Source of the DNA: Nitrospirota bacterium
GTDB taxonomy: Bacteria > Nitrospirota > UBA9217
DNA length: 64,000 nt
NCBI GenBank assembly: GCA_963818475.1
Contig: CAWFSF010000006.1
Coordinates: forward strand, 1,920,001 to 1,984,000
Reading direction: 5' to 3'
The notes beneath the pieces were generated by a model. The model did no database searches. It was not told the origin of the DNA and was given only the letters and a program-made list of their open reading frames with translations. This document shows positions 47,396 to 58,212 of this stretch, piece after piece (the stretch's first letter is position 1; the number at the start of each line of letters is the position of its first letter). The position numbers and the translations under genes are program-made.

Positions 47396-47866
47396 GTATA
47401 CTATTTAAGCAAATTAAATACCAGTTCACGCAGATTCTAGAAACAATTGCGTTCGGGACGCAGGCCTGTCCTTTGCGGCAACCTGTTTGGGTTGATTATG
47501 AACAAGATGAGTTAATTACGCTGTATACTGGAAACTGGCAGCGACATGATAAATCATAATTAAATCGAGAGTTTTTTGTGCAATAGCGTGTTTAAGGAAG
47601 GAGGCACGGCAGGGTTATAGCGCATACACATAAAGTTGTAGTTATAGAAAATTACATTCTATAAATAGACACTTAGGTGAAATATTTTTATTACCTTCAT
47701 TTGGATTACCGTGGCGCACATCTGTTTTTCGATGCCAGTGTAACTAATGGTAATCACCAGAAGAATGGACAGGATACAATAAGTAACCGGACAGGAGGAC
47801 ACATAAAATTCGCACGTTGTTGCAGACCAAAAACAGTTCCAGGCACTAATGGTTTTTCCTTAACCG

Positions 47867-48457
47867 CTACGTTCCTGCTTTATACTTCTTTACGGCCATT
47901 TGCACTGCTTTGCCCGCATCCCGCTTAAGCCAGAAAACACAAAAGACCGATGCAGCAATCACCACAACAGCAAGACCCTTTTCACCGCGTTGGATCATCG
48001 CGATCGCACCGCTGAGAAGAAAGATCATAAAACCAAGAGGGATGAATATTCTTGAGAGGATCTCTTTGACCGGAGAAAGGTTCCTGTAGCATGCCCGCGC
48101 ATCAGCGGGCCTTCCCATTTTTTCGTAGAGATCTCCCAGACCGAACCAGAGCGCATTATTCTGCGGATCCGCCTTGGTCACCCGTTCGTAATAGGTGAGC
48201 GCCCTCGCGGGATCGATGTCGTGAAGCTGCAGGGCAAGACGGCTCCAGAGGGTGTACCGGTTCCCCGACTTCCCGTAATGCTGTTCTGCAGCATCGGCCC
48301 TCCCCGTCTCTTCGAGGATCACTGCTTTCATGAACTGTCCCCGGTGAAAATCAGGATGAGAGAGAATAAGCCCATCCACCAGCTTCTCAGCTGCTTCATA
48401 TTCCTTTTTTTCATAATGCGCGATTATCTGGTTCAGCAGTCTGGTGATAGACTCCAT
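47867..48457 (-). CDS. TPR-containing membrane protein
   Basis: TPR-like helices (LWFGLGDLYEKMGR) and two C-terminal TM helices; AGGAGG RBS. Confidence 0.75.
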   Translation of the reverse strand: MESITRLLNQIIAHYEKKEYEAAEKLVDGLILSHPDFHRGQFMKAVILEETGRADAAEQHYGKSGNRYTLWSRLALQLHDIDPARALTYYERVTKADPQNNALWFGLGDLYEKMGRPADARACYRNLSPVKEILSRIFIPLGFMIFLLSGAIAMIQRGEKGLAVVVIAASVFCVFWLKRDAGKAVQMAVKKYKAGT

Positions 48458-48631
48458 GATTCCTCCTCCTCTAATCTAAAAAACCTTTGGACATGGAAAA
48501 ATATGGATGAACGCCTGATAAGCGGATGATCCCGGACGGGCAAATATCCCTTGCGCGTGAAACCGCATCGGTAGGAGAACGGGGAGAAGACTGCTCATGA
48601 ATCTCCCTCAGGCAGGGCAGCATAGGCTTCG

Positions 48632-48719
48632 TGAAGGTCTCCTGTGTTTAAAGGCGAGATACTTCTGATCCCTGACGAGCTGCAAACCACAACTTTCGTG
48701 CCGATCATGAGACCTCCAG
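48632..48719 (-). ncRNA. Candidate structured leader RNA
   Basis: Closing stem GGAGGUCUC/GAGACCUUC around an inner UGAUC/GAUCA stem; TTGACA promoter just upstream at 48766-48771. Confidence 0.4.
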
Positions 48720-48886
48720 AGCAGGAAGTAAGCAGGTGGGTAGATATACCATGGGCAAGAGAGAATGTCAATTTAGCATTGGGCTCCGGTCAGAAGCAAT
48801 CTCGTATTTCCTATCTGCCGGATGAATTGAAGTGCCGCGTCGCCGTTCCTCGCAAGAACCGTTAGGGGGATTTTTTCGAGACCACA

Positions 48887-50474
48887 CTATTGGGCGCTTT
48901 GAACAATATCCAGTTCCTTTTCATAGACAGATGTTTCAATTTCCATAAAGCCCAATATCGTGTGAAAAACGTTATTATGAGTGTACTTTTTGTCCCTTTT
49001 TTTTATCAGTGAGCTCACCGTTGCTTCACTAAAATTCTTTCCGAACCACATAATGGCCGGGATCCGCCGTTGCGCATCGGGCGCGATAAATGTCGGCATA
49101 CCATGAAGATAAACACCATTCTCACCCAAGGACTCGCCGTGATCACTGACATAGAACATGGCAGGTTCAAATTTCGCGTTGTTTTTCTTAAGCAGCCCGA
49201 TCACCTTGGACAAGAAATAATCCGTATATAAAATGGCGTTATCATAGGCATTATCTATTTCGTCCATAGTGCAATCTTCCAATTGATTCGTCCCGCAGGC
49301 GGGTAAAAATTTTTCAAACGCGGGCGGATATCTTTTGTAATATGCCGGTCCATGATTGCCCATTTGATGGAGAACGATAAAAATATCACCGTGTCGATGT
49401 TCGTCGATATATTTCTGGAGATGAGACAGCATTCCCTCGTCCCTGCATTCCACATCACAGATCGGGTTGTTTTCCGCTATTTTATAGTTTTCATAAGCAA
49501 CCCTCAAAGCCACGCCATGTGAGTCCGAATTATTGTCCAACCAGAGCACATTAACACCGGCGTGCCGCAATACATCAAGCAGATTCTCGGTTCCCTGTGC
49601 CTTTGCATCATTGTATTCGGATTCATTATAAATAGAAAACATGCAGGGAACAGAAACGGCGGTCGATGTACCGCAAGCCCAATAGTTGGTAAAACTAATC
49701 ACCTCTTCTTTTTTTAACAAGGGATTGGTTTCTCTTTTATATCCATTCAGAGAAAACCTGTCTGCCCTTGCCGTTTCTCCGACAACGAAAATTATCAATT
49801 CCCGTTCACTGTCCGTCGGAAGGATTTTGGCATCGGTCCCGACTTGTATCAAAGGAAGGCTGTCTTTTTTGCTCAGCGCATGTACATATTTCGCGGTAGC
49901 GTAAAGGTAACTGGAAGGGTTTGCATAATATCGCAATGGCTTATGCTCCCTGAAAAAAGATGCGTAAAAACTGCCGAAAATCAGCACCACTGAAATGGCC
50001 GTCACGAGAGCGAGTAAAAATAATTTGGCCCTTGAAGCGACCTCTCGCAGTGGGCCTTCAAATTTGACATTCACGTTATATACGAATAGTGATGGGATGA
50101 TGCCTAACAAGGTGACGTACAAAATCAGTTTAAGCGTGATCAAATCCCGAGTTTCTGCCATGTCGGTATTGACAAGATTTTGTATCATGGTGCTGTCTAT
50201 AATCACGTTATAACTATCCATGAAGTAGCTGGCAAAAGAAGAAAATAAAAGGATTATTATTAAAACCGGCTTGATGGTATGCTTATAGCAGACTAACGAG
50301 AGCAGGAGAACAGGAATGCTGCCAAAGACAAGGACCAAAGAACCCAGAAATGCGATATTCTTCAGATTAGCGGGATAAATCTCGGTAACATTTGGAAAAA
50401 AACGTTAAATTATCAGCGGTAATCAAAAAAATGGCAGCGAGAATGATAAGTTTAAAACTGGTAATTTCTTTCAT
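48887..50474 (-). CDS. eptA: Lipid A phosphoethanolamine transferase (frameshift near 50390)
   Basis: VVGETARAD, CGTSTAVSVPCMFS, HQMGNHGPAYY, SDHGESLGE..YLHG. Confidence 0.92.
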
Positions 50475-50503
50475 AAGTATTAAAAAATAATGCCTTCCCG
50501 GAA

Positions 50504-50534
50504 CGAACCGCCCCGTAGCAAGCTAGGGGGTATC
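50504..50534. repeat. Short REP-like hairpin
   Basis: ccccgtagcaagctagggggtatc. Confidence 0.45.
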
Positions 50535-50994
50535 GTGGATTTTAACGGTGACCTATATGCTTGGCTCACTGCTTTTCATAGGATTATCTTTTGTTGTTCT
50601 TTTTTTGGTCGTTCTGTTCATCCGGCTTTTCGTCCCTTCTACAGAAGGGATCAGGGCCGGGTCCTCAGCCCATGCCGAAATGGTTCTTCACGATCCCGAG
50701 TGACCGCGAAGAACAGAATGCCGACAATAATATTGATCGTTTGTTCCGACATAGTGTTTTCATCCTCCTTTACCAGCAAGATCAGATCATTGTAACTCTT
50801 TTTGGTCCGGCCATGCAATATGTTAAACGCGTACTGCTGAGGGATTTCCAGAGGTGCTGCATTGTGGACAACGAGGCATATTGTCGAGGGCGGGCGTTTT
50901 TGCTGGCGGGGTTCCAGCAGGAACTCCCCTCCCGCATGACAAAAACGTCACGGGGAGGGTGAAGCATTGGGCAGAACCACTCGGGACCGGACTC

Positions 50995-51665
50995 TTACTC
51001 CTTGAACCGCGTTTCTTCCTTCTGTATCCGTTCAAGGTTTTCTTTGCGGGTCTTGCAGGCGATGCAGAAACGGGCCAGGGGATTGACCTCAAGCCTTTTG
51101 ATGTCGATCTCCTCGCCGCACTCTTCACAGAGGCCGAAGCTGACATTTTCGAGCTTGCGGAAGGCATCGGCAATGTCCTTGTACTGCTCATACTTCATTT
51201 CCAGGAGCGAATAGTCCATCCCCTGCTCAACATCGTGGGAGGACATGTCGGCGCTGTCCATGGCGGAATCCACTTTCTGGCCTGATTCGGTCGTCAATTT
51301 GCGGCCGATCCTCGCCTCGATCCCCGTCGACGACCTCGTTCCGCTTTTTCAGCAGGATCGCTTTTAAGAGCGCATAGCGCTTCTTCGTGGCCGGCGACAG
51401 ATGCGCCGCATCTTCCTTCGGGCTCGGCCGTGGTCGTTTTCTTCGCCGGTTTGGCTGCTTTCGCTGCCTTCCTGGCAACTGCCTTCCTGACCACACGTTT
51501 GACGGTCTTTTTTGCCGCTTTTTTCGCCACGGCTTTTTTCGCCTTCTTTTTTACGGGTTTCGCTGCCGGCTTCTTCACTGTTTTTTTGGCAGTTTTCTTT
51601 TTCGCTGCCTTCTTGGGCCTGGCAACGGCAGGTTTCTTTTTTTTGGCTCCCTTTTTTACCGCCAT
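50995..51665 (-). CDS. dksA: DksA/TraR C4-zinc-finger protein with a Lys/Ala-rich N-terminus (frameshifted)
   Basis: DSADMS tip motif, FGLCEECGEEIDIKRLEVNPLARFCIAC. Confidence 0.8.
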
Positions 51666-51972
51666 AATGTTCACTACCTCCTGACCAGAGTAGGACTTCC
51701 GGAAACTGCCGGCCGGAATATCCTCATTCCCGCATCCATATTGGTAGTGATTATAGATGCGTCTCTGACTAAATTCAAGACAATTTGTGACAGACTGAAA
51801 ATAAATATGACGATCCCGGTGAAATAGCTGTTTTAGGCCTGTTCATCGGAATAACGGCATCTCATGCGGGGCCAGGTCACGAGCAAGGCAAGGTCTAGCC
51901 ATTTTCGCCTGTTTCTGTTATTATTGAACAATGAACTTTTCAAATCGAGGAACAGGTCAGGACAGACGCTCA

Positions 51973-54218
51973 ATGGCTTATAGATCATTATTACTGCTCT
52001 CGCTGCTCGTGGTATTCCAGACAGGCTGCGTTACCGGAGCGGCGAGATCGCCCTCCCTTGCCGCCGGTGCCGGAGATCAACAGCAGTGACTGCCGACGAG
52101 GCATTGAAAAGACTCGGGGATCAAGGACCTCAAGGCCTTTTTTGCCGATCCCGTTGTGCAGGATATCCTGGGAAAAGACTGGACGCATCGCAAGCAGGCG
52201 CTGCTCGATTATGGGGCGTTCGTCCATGCCGGGAACGAGACCCCGCTCAGCGCATTTGCCGGAGGCACTGACCCGGCCTCAGCGGCCCAGTTCAAAGGCA
52301 AGGCCGCCCTGGTCTTCCACCTCCTCAAGACCATGATCAAGGAAGAGGCCTTCTCCCGTGCCGTTGCGAAGCTCAGTGAGGAGCAGCCGTCAGGACAGCT
52401 CTCCTGGGACGACATCCGGGTGGTCTTTGAAAAAGAGAGCGGCCAGGACCTGGGCTGGTTCTTTACCCAGTGGATCGGCCGCAAAGGGCTGCCCGACCTG
52501 CATGCGGAAAATCCAGACCATGCGAAGGAGCGGCAGCAGGTTCGAAGTGAGCTTCGAGGTGCTCCAGAAGAACGGGGTATATATCCTGGACCTGCCCGTG
52601 ACCGTATCCTTCCAGCGGGGAGGAGTACGACGGAGAAGATCAGGCTCGACGAAGAACGAAAGAAGATCACCCTGACCTTTGATGACGAACCGCTTTCGCT
52701 CGTGATCGACCGGGACTATGACCTCCCGCGGCATGCTCACTGATGACGAGACGCCGCCGCTGCTCGCAACGCTCCTGGGCGACGAACACCCTATCGTGGT
52801 GCTGCCGGTCTCGCAGCCGGACGTTTACCAGGACCTGCGCGAGCTGTTCAAGAAACAGGGCGCCGAAGAGCGGAAAGCAGACAGTCTCCGCGACGAGGAC
52901 ATCAGGCGGTCATCGCTCGTGCTGCTCGGAAGCGACAACCCCGTCATAGGCAGGCTCTTTGGGCGGATGGACGCGGGGATCGCCGACGCTGCCGTGGTGG
53001 TGAAAAAGAATCCCTTGAACCATGACAAGGTGGCGCTTCTGGTCCAGGCGCGGTCAGGCACACGCAGCTGCGGTCGCAGCACAGGAACTCGCCCGCTACG
53101 GCGCATCGAGCACGATCCGGTTCAACAGGAACATAACGGCGCAGACAGCAGACTCCGAAAGGGGGATCATCATGGAACTGGGACAAGAGGCCCTGGTCAT
53201 CGACCTGTCGCTGCTCAAGACGATGGCCGCCGTGATCGACGGCGCAGCACGGGAAAAAGATCGTCTATGTGGGGGAATATCACGACCGCTTCGCGCACCA
53301 CAACGTGCAGCTCCAGGTCATCAAAAGCCTCCACCAGAAGGACCCGAAGCTCGCCATCGGCATGGAGATGTTCCAGCGGCCCTTCCAGAAAACGCTGGAC
53401 GACTACCTGGGCGGCGCCATCGACGAACGCGAGTTCCTGAAGCAGTCGGAATACTTCAAGCGATGGGTCTTCGACTACAACCTGTACAAACCGATCCTCG
53501 ATTACGCCCGCGCCGAGAAGATCCCCGTCGTCGCCCTGAACCTCACGCGCGAGATCGTCGAAAAGGTGTCCAAAAGCGGCATGGACGCGCTCTCCGATGA
53601 TGAGAAGAAGGCGCTGCCGCTGCAGATGGACTTCTCCGATGACGACTATCGCGGCCGGCTGAAGCAGGTCTTCAGCCAGCACAAAAGTGCCGCGACCGGA
53701 GCTTCGACTTCTTCTACCAGGCGCAGATCCTGTGGGACGAGACCATGGCGGAATCCATCGACCGGTACCTGAAGCAGCACCCGGACCTCCGCATGGTCGT
53801 CCTGGCAGGCGGCGGCCACATCGCCTTCGAATCGGGCATTCCGCTGCGCGCCTTCCGCAGGAACAGCTACCCCTATGTGACGATCCTGAACGATGCGGAC
53901 ATCGAACCGGGAGCCGCGAACTATATCGTCTACCCCCAGCCGCTGGACGGCCTTACCGCGCCGCGCCTCATGGTGTCGCTCAAGGAGCAGGACGGCCGGT
54001 TGAACATCGTTGATTTTCAGGAAGGGAGCGTTGCGAAGCAGGCGGGGCTCAAAGCAGGCGACACCATCATCTCCGTTGACAATTCGGCCATCAGCACCGT
54101 GGAGGACCTGAAGCTTCTGCTCTTCTACAAAAAGAAGGGCGATGCCCTTGCGGTCAAGGTCGTGCGAAAGCGCTTCCTGCTTGGCGATAAAGAGATGGAA
54201 TTCACGGTAACGCTGTAG
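51973..54218 (+). CDS. Lipoprotein: degenerate M1-peptidase C-terminal region, ChaN and PDZ (multiple frameshifts)
   Basis: QTGC lipobox; DLGWFFTQW; GEYHD..HH..Q, IGMEMFQRPFQ, WDETMAESI, LAGGGH; SVAKQAGLKAGDTI. Confidence 0.8.
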
Positions 54219-54244
54219 CGCTGCTCGGACACACCTGAACATAA

Positions 54245-54352
54245 TTTGCCACGAAGACACGAAGGCACAAAGAACAACGAACACCGTAATAAGGCGTTGT
54301 TTTACAGTTCAGATTAAAGCACACTTCGTGTCTTCGTGCCTTCGTGGCAAAA
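54245..54352. repeat. Palindromic element with tandem cacgaag arms
   Basis: tttgccacgaagacacgaagg...cttcgtgtcttcgtgccttcgtggcaaa. Confidence 0.8.
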
Positions 54353-54421
54353 TTTTTTATGATCTTATCGCGTATGACGTGCATCATAGAAAGAGTAGTT
54401 GCACAGGAGTATAGTTCACCC

Positions 54422-54664
54422 ATGTTTAAAGAAGGATGCCCAGGAAGTATAGAGATCCGGTCGCCCAAGCCGGAAGATATCCGCTGCCAGCAGTGCGGCG
54501 AGAAGATCGAGATCTGGTCCGATGAGCCGGACACGGCATGCAAGAAGTGCGGCCACCTGAACGCCAGGCCCATCGGCACGTCCTGCGTCGAGTGGTGCGC
54601 CTTTGCCAAAGAATGCGTCGGCGCAGAGAAGCTCGAAAAGCTGCTGAAGGCAAGCAAGGGCTGA
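54422..54664 (+). CDS. Small Cys-rich metal-binding protein
   Basis: CPG, CQQCGEKIEIWSDE, CKKCG, SCVEWCAFAKECVG. Confidence 0.75.
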   Translation: MFKEGCPGSIEIRSPKPEDIRCQQCGEKIEIWSDEPDTACKKCGHLNARPIGTSCVEWCAFAKECVGAEKLEKLLKASKG

Positions 54665-54764
54665 GCCCGGAGCGTTGGTCGGAAGCTGGCTTTCCCCTCC
54701 GGTCGGGGAAAAAAACCGGCGTTACACGGCATTAAAATGTTCTGACCGTGGCGCAGAGGTTTCA

Positions 54765-55256
54765 TTAATCTGTCATTTCGATAGATGTGGTATCTGTAAT
54801 GTTATACGAGACTTTTACATCCATGTCTTTTCGTAATGAGTTGTAGACAGAACAGTATTTTTCGTGCGACAGGGATACGGCTCGGGCGACTTTTTTGGCA
54901 TTCAGGTTCTTCCCGGTAAGATGAAGGATTATGTCAACAGTTTTAAAATACTGCGGTGGCGTTGTATTCCGCTCTCCAATGATATCCACTTTGAAGTTCT
55001 CCAGCGCCATCTTCATCTTCTGCAAAAACATAACGACGTCGATCCCCATACAACCGGCAAGACTCAAGAGTAGAGCGTCCGTTGGTTTGCAACCCCACTG
55101 GACATGGGCGTCAAACTCTATCTCATACCCTTCTTGTGTTCTACCAACGAATATCAGTTCCTTGTCCCAAGTCAACGTCGCTTTGGACACATGATTAATT
55201 TTCTGTTTATATCCGGTTAAAGACTCTTCCAGTCCTTCCTTCTCGTTCTCAGACAT
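54765..55256 (-). CDS. OsmC/YhfA family protein
   Basis: PTDALLLSLAGCMGIDV, AVSLSHEKYCSV. Confidence 0.88.
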   Translation of the reverse strand: MSENEKEGLEESLTGYKQKINHVSKATLTWDKELIFVGRTQEGYEIEFDAHVQWGCKPTDALLLSLAGCMGIDVVMFLQKMKMALENFKVDIIGERNTTPPQYFKTVDIILHLTGKNLNAKKVARAVSLSHEKYCSVYNSLRKDMDVKVSYNITDTTSIEMTD

Positions 55257-55329
55257 AATGACTCCCCATTGCTTCTTTTCACGTTTGTCAAGCAAAGAAC
55301 CCGCCCCGGCTTGGAACGGGTCTTTTTTT

Positions 55330-55785
55330 CTATCTTCTCCATCCCGCCCATGCGGGAACGCCCGCGCTATCCCGCAGGATAAGGACACTGTCACCCTTTT
55401 TGCACTCTGCCGCGATGATGACAGGTTTGCCATCGAAGGTTATCCTTGACCCCTTCACCTCGATCTTGTCGCCTTTTTCAAGCTTTACGTCTTGCCGCTC
55501 AATGTACCATTCCGGTCCGAGATGAACGGCTATGGTCTCCTTGTCCGTCTTAAGCATGAGATGGATGCCGGAGTACATCCCCTTTGTCGGCGTGATCTTG
55601 TCCACTGATTCAACAACGCCCGAAACGGTCTCCACCGTTGCCGGATCGTACATTCTCTGGTAGGACGAGCCCATGCCCCACCCGCCGCTCCCTCGCCAGC
55701 CTTTCCAGGGGCCCGCAAGGGCGATTGAAGAGACAAAAAGCACTGATAACGCAACTGCCATGCTGATAATTCTTGCTGTTCTCAT
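55330..55785 (-). CDS. Exported OB-fold-like protein
   Basis: Signal peptide, YDPATVETVSG, VHLGPEWY, GDKIEVKGS. Confidence 0.75.
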   Translation of the reverse strand: MRTARIISMAVALSVLFVSSIALAGPWKGWRGSGGWGMGSSYQRMYDPATVETVSGVVESVDKITPTKGMYSGIHLMLKTDKETIAVHLGPEWYIERQDVKLEKGDKIEVKGSRITFDGKPVIIAAECKKGDSVLILRDSAGVPAWAGWRR

Positions 55786-55814
55786 GACTGCCTCCTTTGA
55801 GCCGGGATAATTTA

Positions 55815-56060
55815 GCGTGCTCTGGTACCTATCCGTTTTTGGGTAAAGTAAAACTGAAGTGCTGCCTTTCCCAAGCGTGCTTACCACCCCTATCTTTCCG
55901 CCATGCGCCTCGATGATCGTTTTGACGATGAACAATCCGAGCCCGGACCCTTTTGAGTCCAGGCTTATACGAAAAAATGCGCCAAACATATAGGGCAGTT
56001 TATCTTCCTGGAGCCCTCATCCGTAATGGCAACATGCAGTGCGTCGTCCCTCGCGGTAAG
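55815..56060 (-). pseudogene. Histidine kinase HATPase fragment
   Basis: GSGLGLFIVKTIIEAHGGKIGVVSTLGKGST with no upstream kinase body. Confidence 0.7.
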
Positions 56061-56146
56061 CGTAATGCCTATGCTTCCGCCAGTGTCCGTTCGGCGTTAA
56101 TGGCGCAGGCTTTAAATATTGGAATCGCTCCATCCATAAGCAGCAT

Positions 56147-56482
56147 TTATTCTACGCCGAATCCATGAGGATTGCCGTCCATGATCTGGGTAAGAGCCTC
56201 CTGCATGAGACTGCAAGCGTTAATAAGCTGCTCATTCGCTATTCTGTAGTAGATGTTCGTGCCGTCTCTTCTCGTTTTAAGGATACCTCGCATGCGCATC
56301 ACCATGAGATGCTGAGAGGTATTGGCCTTCGTAGTTCCTAACGCTTTCGTAATATCGCTGACGGCCATCTCCCCAGCCTTCAAGAGATTAAGAACCTCTA
56401 GACGTTTAGTATTGGAAAAGGTTTTGCAGACTTGCGATTGGAAGTCCAGTATTTTTTCTTTCATACCATCACTCTCGGTCAT
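56147..56482 (-). CDS. ArsR/SmtB family regulator
   Basis: KTFSNTKRLEVL, NTSQHL, RRDGTNIYY. Confidence 0.88.
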   Translation of the reverse strand: MTESDGMKEKILDFQSQVCKTFSNTKRLEVLNLLKAGEMAVSDITKALGTTKANTSQHLMVMRMRGILKTRRDGTNIYYRIANEQLINACSLMQEALTQIMDGNPHGFGVE

Positions 56483-56533
56483 TTAAACATCGACGGAACT
56501 ACACACAACCGTTCATTAAAATATGGTGATGAA

Positions 56534-56902
56534 TTAAAATGTCACGTTCTGTCGTTTCATAAGCAGCTCACCGAGGTAGGAGCCCGGCTTAACTTCTGCG
56601 TTCTTTATCCACTCGGCTCCTGCAAGGCCATATGGCTTCACACATGATGCGCAGATATAGAACTTACAATCGAAGTCTTCCACCAGGCTTTTCATAAGTT
56701 CCGCAACGGGCGAAAACCCTTTTTGAAACGTAACCGACTCGGCAAATCCCTTATGTACCAGATGCACGCCTTCGTTCATGAGAAAGAAATCTATTTTGGC
56801 ATCAAACGCCAGCATGTTGGTGGCAAGCTGGAGCGCTGCGGCCGCGCGTTCAATCGCATCATACGAATGAGTGAGAACAAATACGAATTCCTTATTTTCC
56901 AT
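56534..56902 (-). CDS. DsrE family protein
   Basis: FFLMNEGV, FYICASC. Confidence 0.8.
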   Translation of the reverse strand: MENKEFVFVLTHSYDAIERAAAALQLATNMLAFDAKIDFFLMNEGVHLVHKGFAESVTFQKGFSPVAELMKSLVEDFDCKFYICASCVKPYGLAGAEWIKNAEVKPGSYLGELLMKRQNVTF

Positions 56903-56933
56903 TTTATTTCCCTCGTGATAGTGATGTAATTAT

Positions 56934-57314
56934 TTAATGCGCGCAGCCCCCGTCATTACTGTGGCCGCCGCAGCATCCCTGAACCGTCAACACGGGAAGC
57001 GTCTTAGCGTGAAACATCGAAAGATTTTCTCGTATTGTTTCCCCCTGTGAACGATGCACCGTGATCCCCATCTGGTTCAGCCTCGTGAGCGCTCCTGCCC
57101 CGATGCCGCCAACGACAATCGCATCGACTTTTTGATCGTCGAGCGCCTTCATTGGATTGCACGAGCCATGTGTGTGGTGCTGGTCTTGATTGTTGATAGA
57201 CGCAACGCCGTTTGTTTCCGTATCGAAAACGACAAATACCGGCGCTGAGCCAAAGTGGTTGTACACCGTGCTCTCGATCCCATTATCATCCTGGACGGGA
57301 AAACAGACCTTCAT
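56934..57314 (-). CDS. NifB/NifX family FeMo-cofactor-binding domain protein
   Basis: HFGSAPVF, VVGGIGAGA, Cys/His-rich tail. Confidence 0.85.
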   Translation of the reverse strand: MKVCFPVQDDNGIESTVYNHFGSAPVFVVFDTETNGVASINNQDQHHTHGSCNPMKALDDQKVDAIVVGGIGAGALTRLNQMGITVHRSQGETIRENLSMFHAKTLPVLTVQGCCGGHSNDGGCAH

Positions 57315-57348
57315 GTGCAGTTCCTCCTCTGTATCATTTATACGACGA

Positions 57349-57624
57349 TTATTCAAATACGATAGCCTGACCTTTGCTCAGTGCCTTCGCAACTTTTTTC
57401 CTCGCAACAGCAAGTATTCTCTGAATGGTTGCTCGCGATACGCCCATCCTCGCGCCGGCCTGCGCTTGCGTAAGATCGTCAAGATCGCAGAGCTTTAAAG
57501 CCTCAAGCTCTTCCCGCAAGAGTGGTATTTGCTTTACCTCGGACATCATTACGCATGTGGGTTTGAAAGCTTTGCCTTTAAACTTGCATTTGCAGTTTCG
57601 CGGTTTTTTACACCTTGGCGACAT
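57349..57624 (-). CDS. DUF134 HTH protein
   Basis: EELEALKLCDL..LTQAQAG.RMGVSRATIQRIL..ARKKVA. Confidence 0.88.
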   Translation of the reverse strand: MSPRCKKPRNCKCKFKGKAFKPTCVMMSEVKQIPLLREELEALKLCDLDDLTQAQAGARMGVSRATIQRILAVARKKVAKALSKGQAIVFE

Positions 57625-57640
57625 GCTTACCCCTTTTTTG

Positions 57641-57688
57641 TTATGAGCATATGCTCACAACGATAGCAGGCACGGCTATTGTTGTCAA
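57641..57688 (-). promoter_or_regulatory. Promoter and palindromic operator upstream of DUF134
   Basis: tgagcatatgctca palindrome at 57644-57657; TTGACA-17-TATCGT. Confidence 0.6.
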
Positions 57689-57829
57689 GTTTTGCTTAAT
57701 GAAAGTTTACTTTTTAAGCCAATGTTGTCGAAATATAATACCGTTTTATTCCGCATGCAGGCTTTGTCATGCGATACAGTGAAGCAGGATGGGTCGGACA
57801 AGCCTCTCCCCTTCCCCGGAGTCTCCGAA

Positions 57830-58120
57830 GAGTGACGCAAAGATCGGCTTTCTCTTGAAATCGATGCAGGTGTCGTTGCGATGCGATAGAGTCAGGTGGA
57901 GAGCAGCGCTTTGGGCTGGAACCGGGGCAGGCCAGGTATGCCTTCAGGAAAGCATCCTGTGCAGCATCCTCTGCGTCGTGGGGGTTGCCCAGCGTATGGC
58001 GGCAGAGGCTGTATATCTTCTCCTGCTTCGAGGACGATCTCGCCGAATGCTGCGGTATCGCCGTTCTTGAATCTGTTTATACGATCGAGGTCATCAGGCG
58101 CCGAATTATACAGAGGACGC
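57830..58120 (-). pseudogene. Degraded ECF sigma factor
   Basis: DLDRINRFKNGDTAAFGEIV, then a frameshifted AEDAAQDAFLKAY-like region 2. Confidence 0.6.
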
Positions 58121-58212
58121 CCCTTTTCAAAGAAGATCTCCTGCATTGCTTTTCTTGCTCCTGTCGGCAAAACACCCGCAGCAAGAGTTCGGACAAAAGA
58201 CCGGCATGCCGC

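Noticed and set aside
48668-48705. Hammerhead ribozyme (ctgacgag on the plus strand)
   Set aside because: No GAAA core strand or matching stems follow it.
50880-50962. Hairpin cluster downstream of dksA as an ncRNA
   Set aside because: Stems are present, but there is no promoter, U-tract or recognisable family motif.
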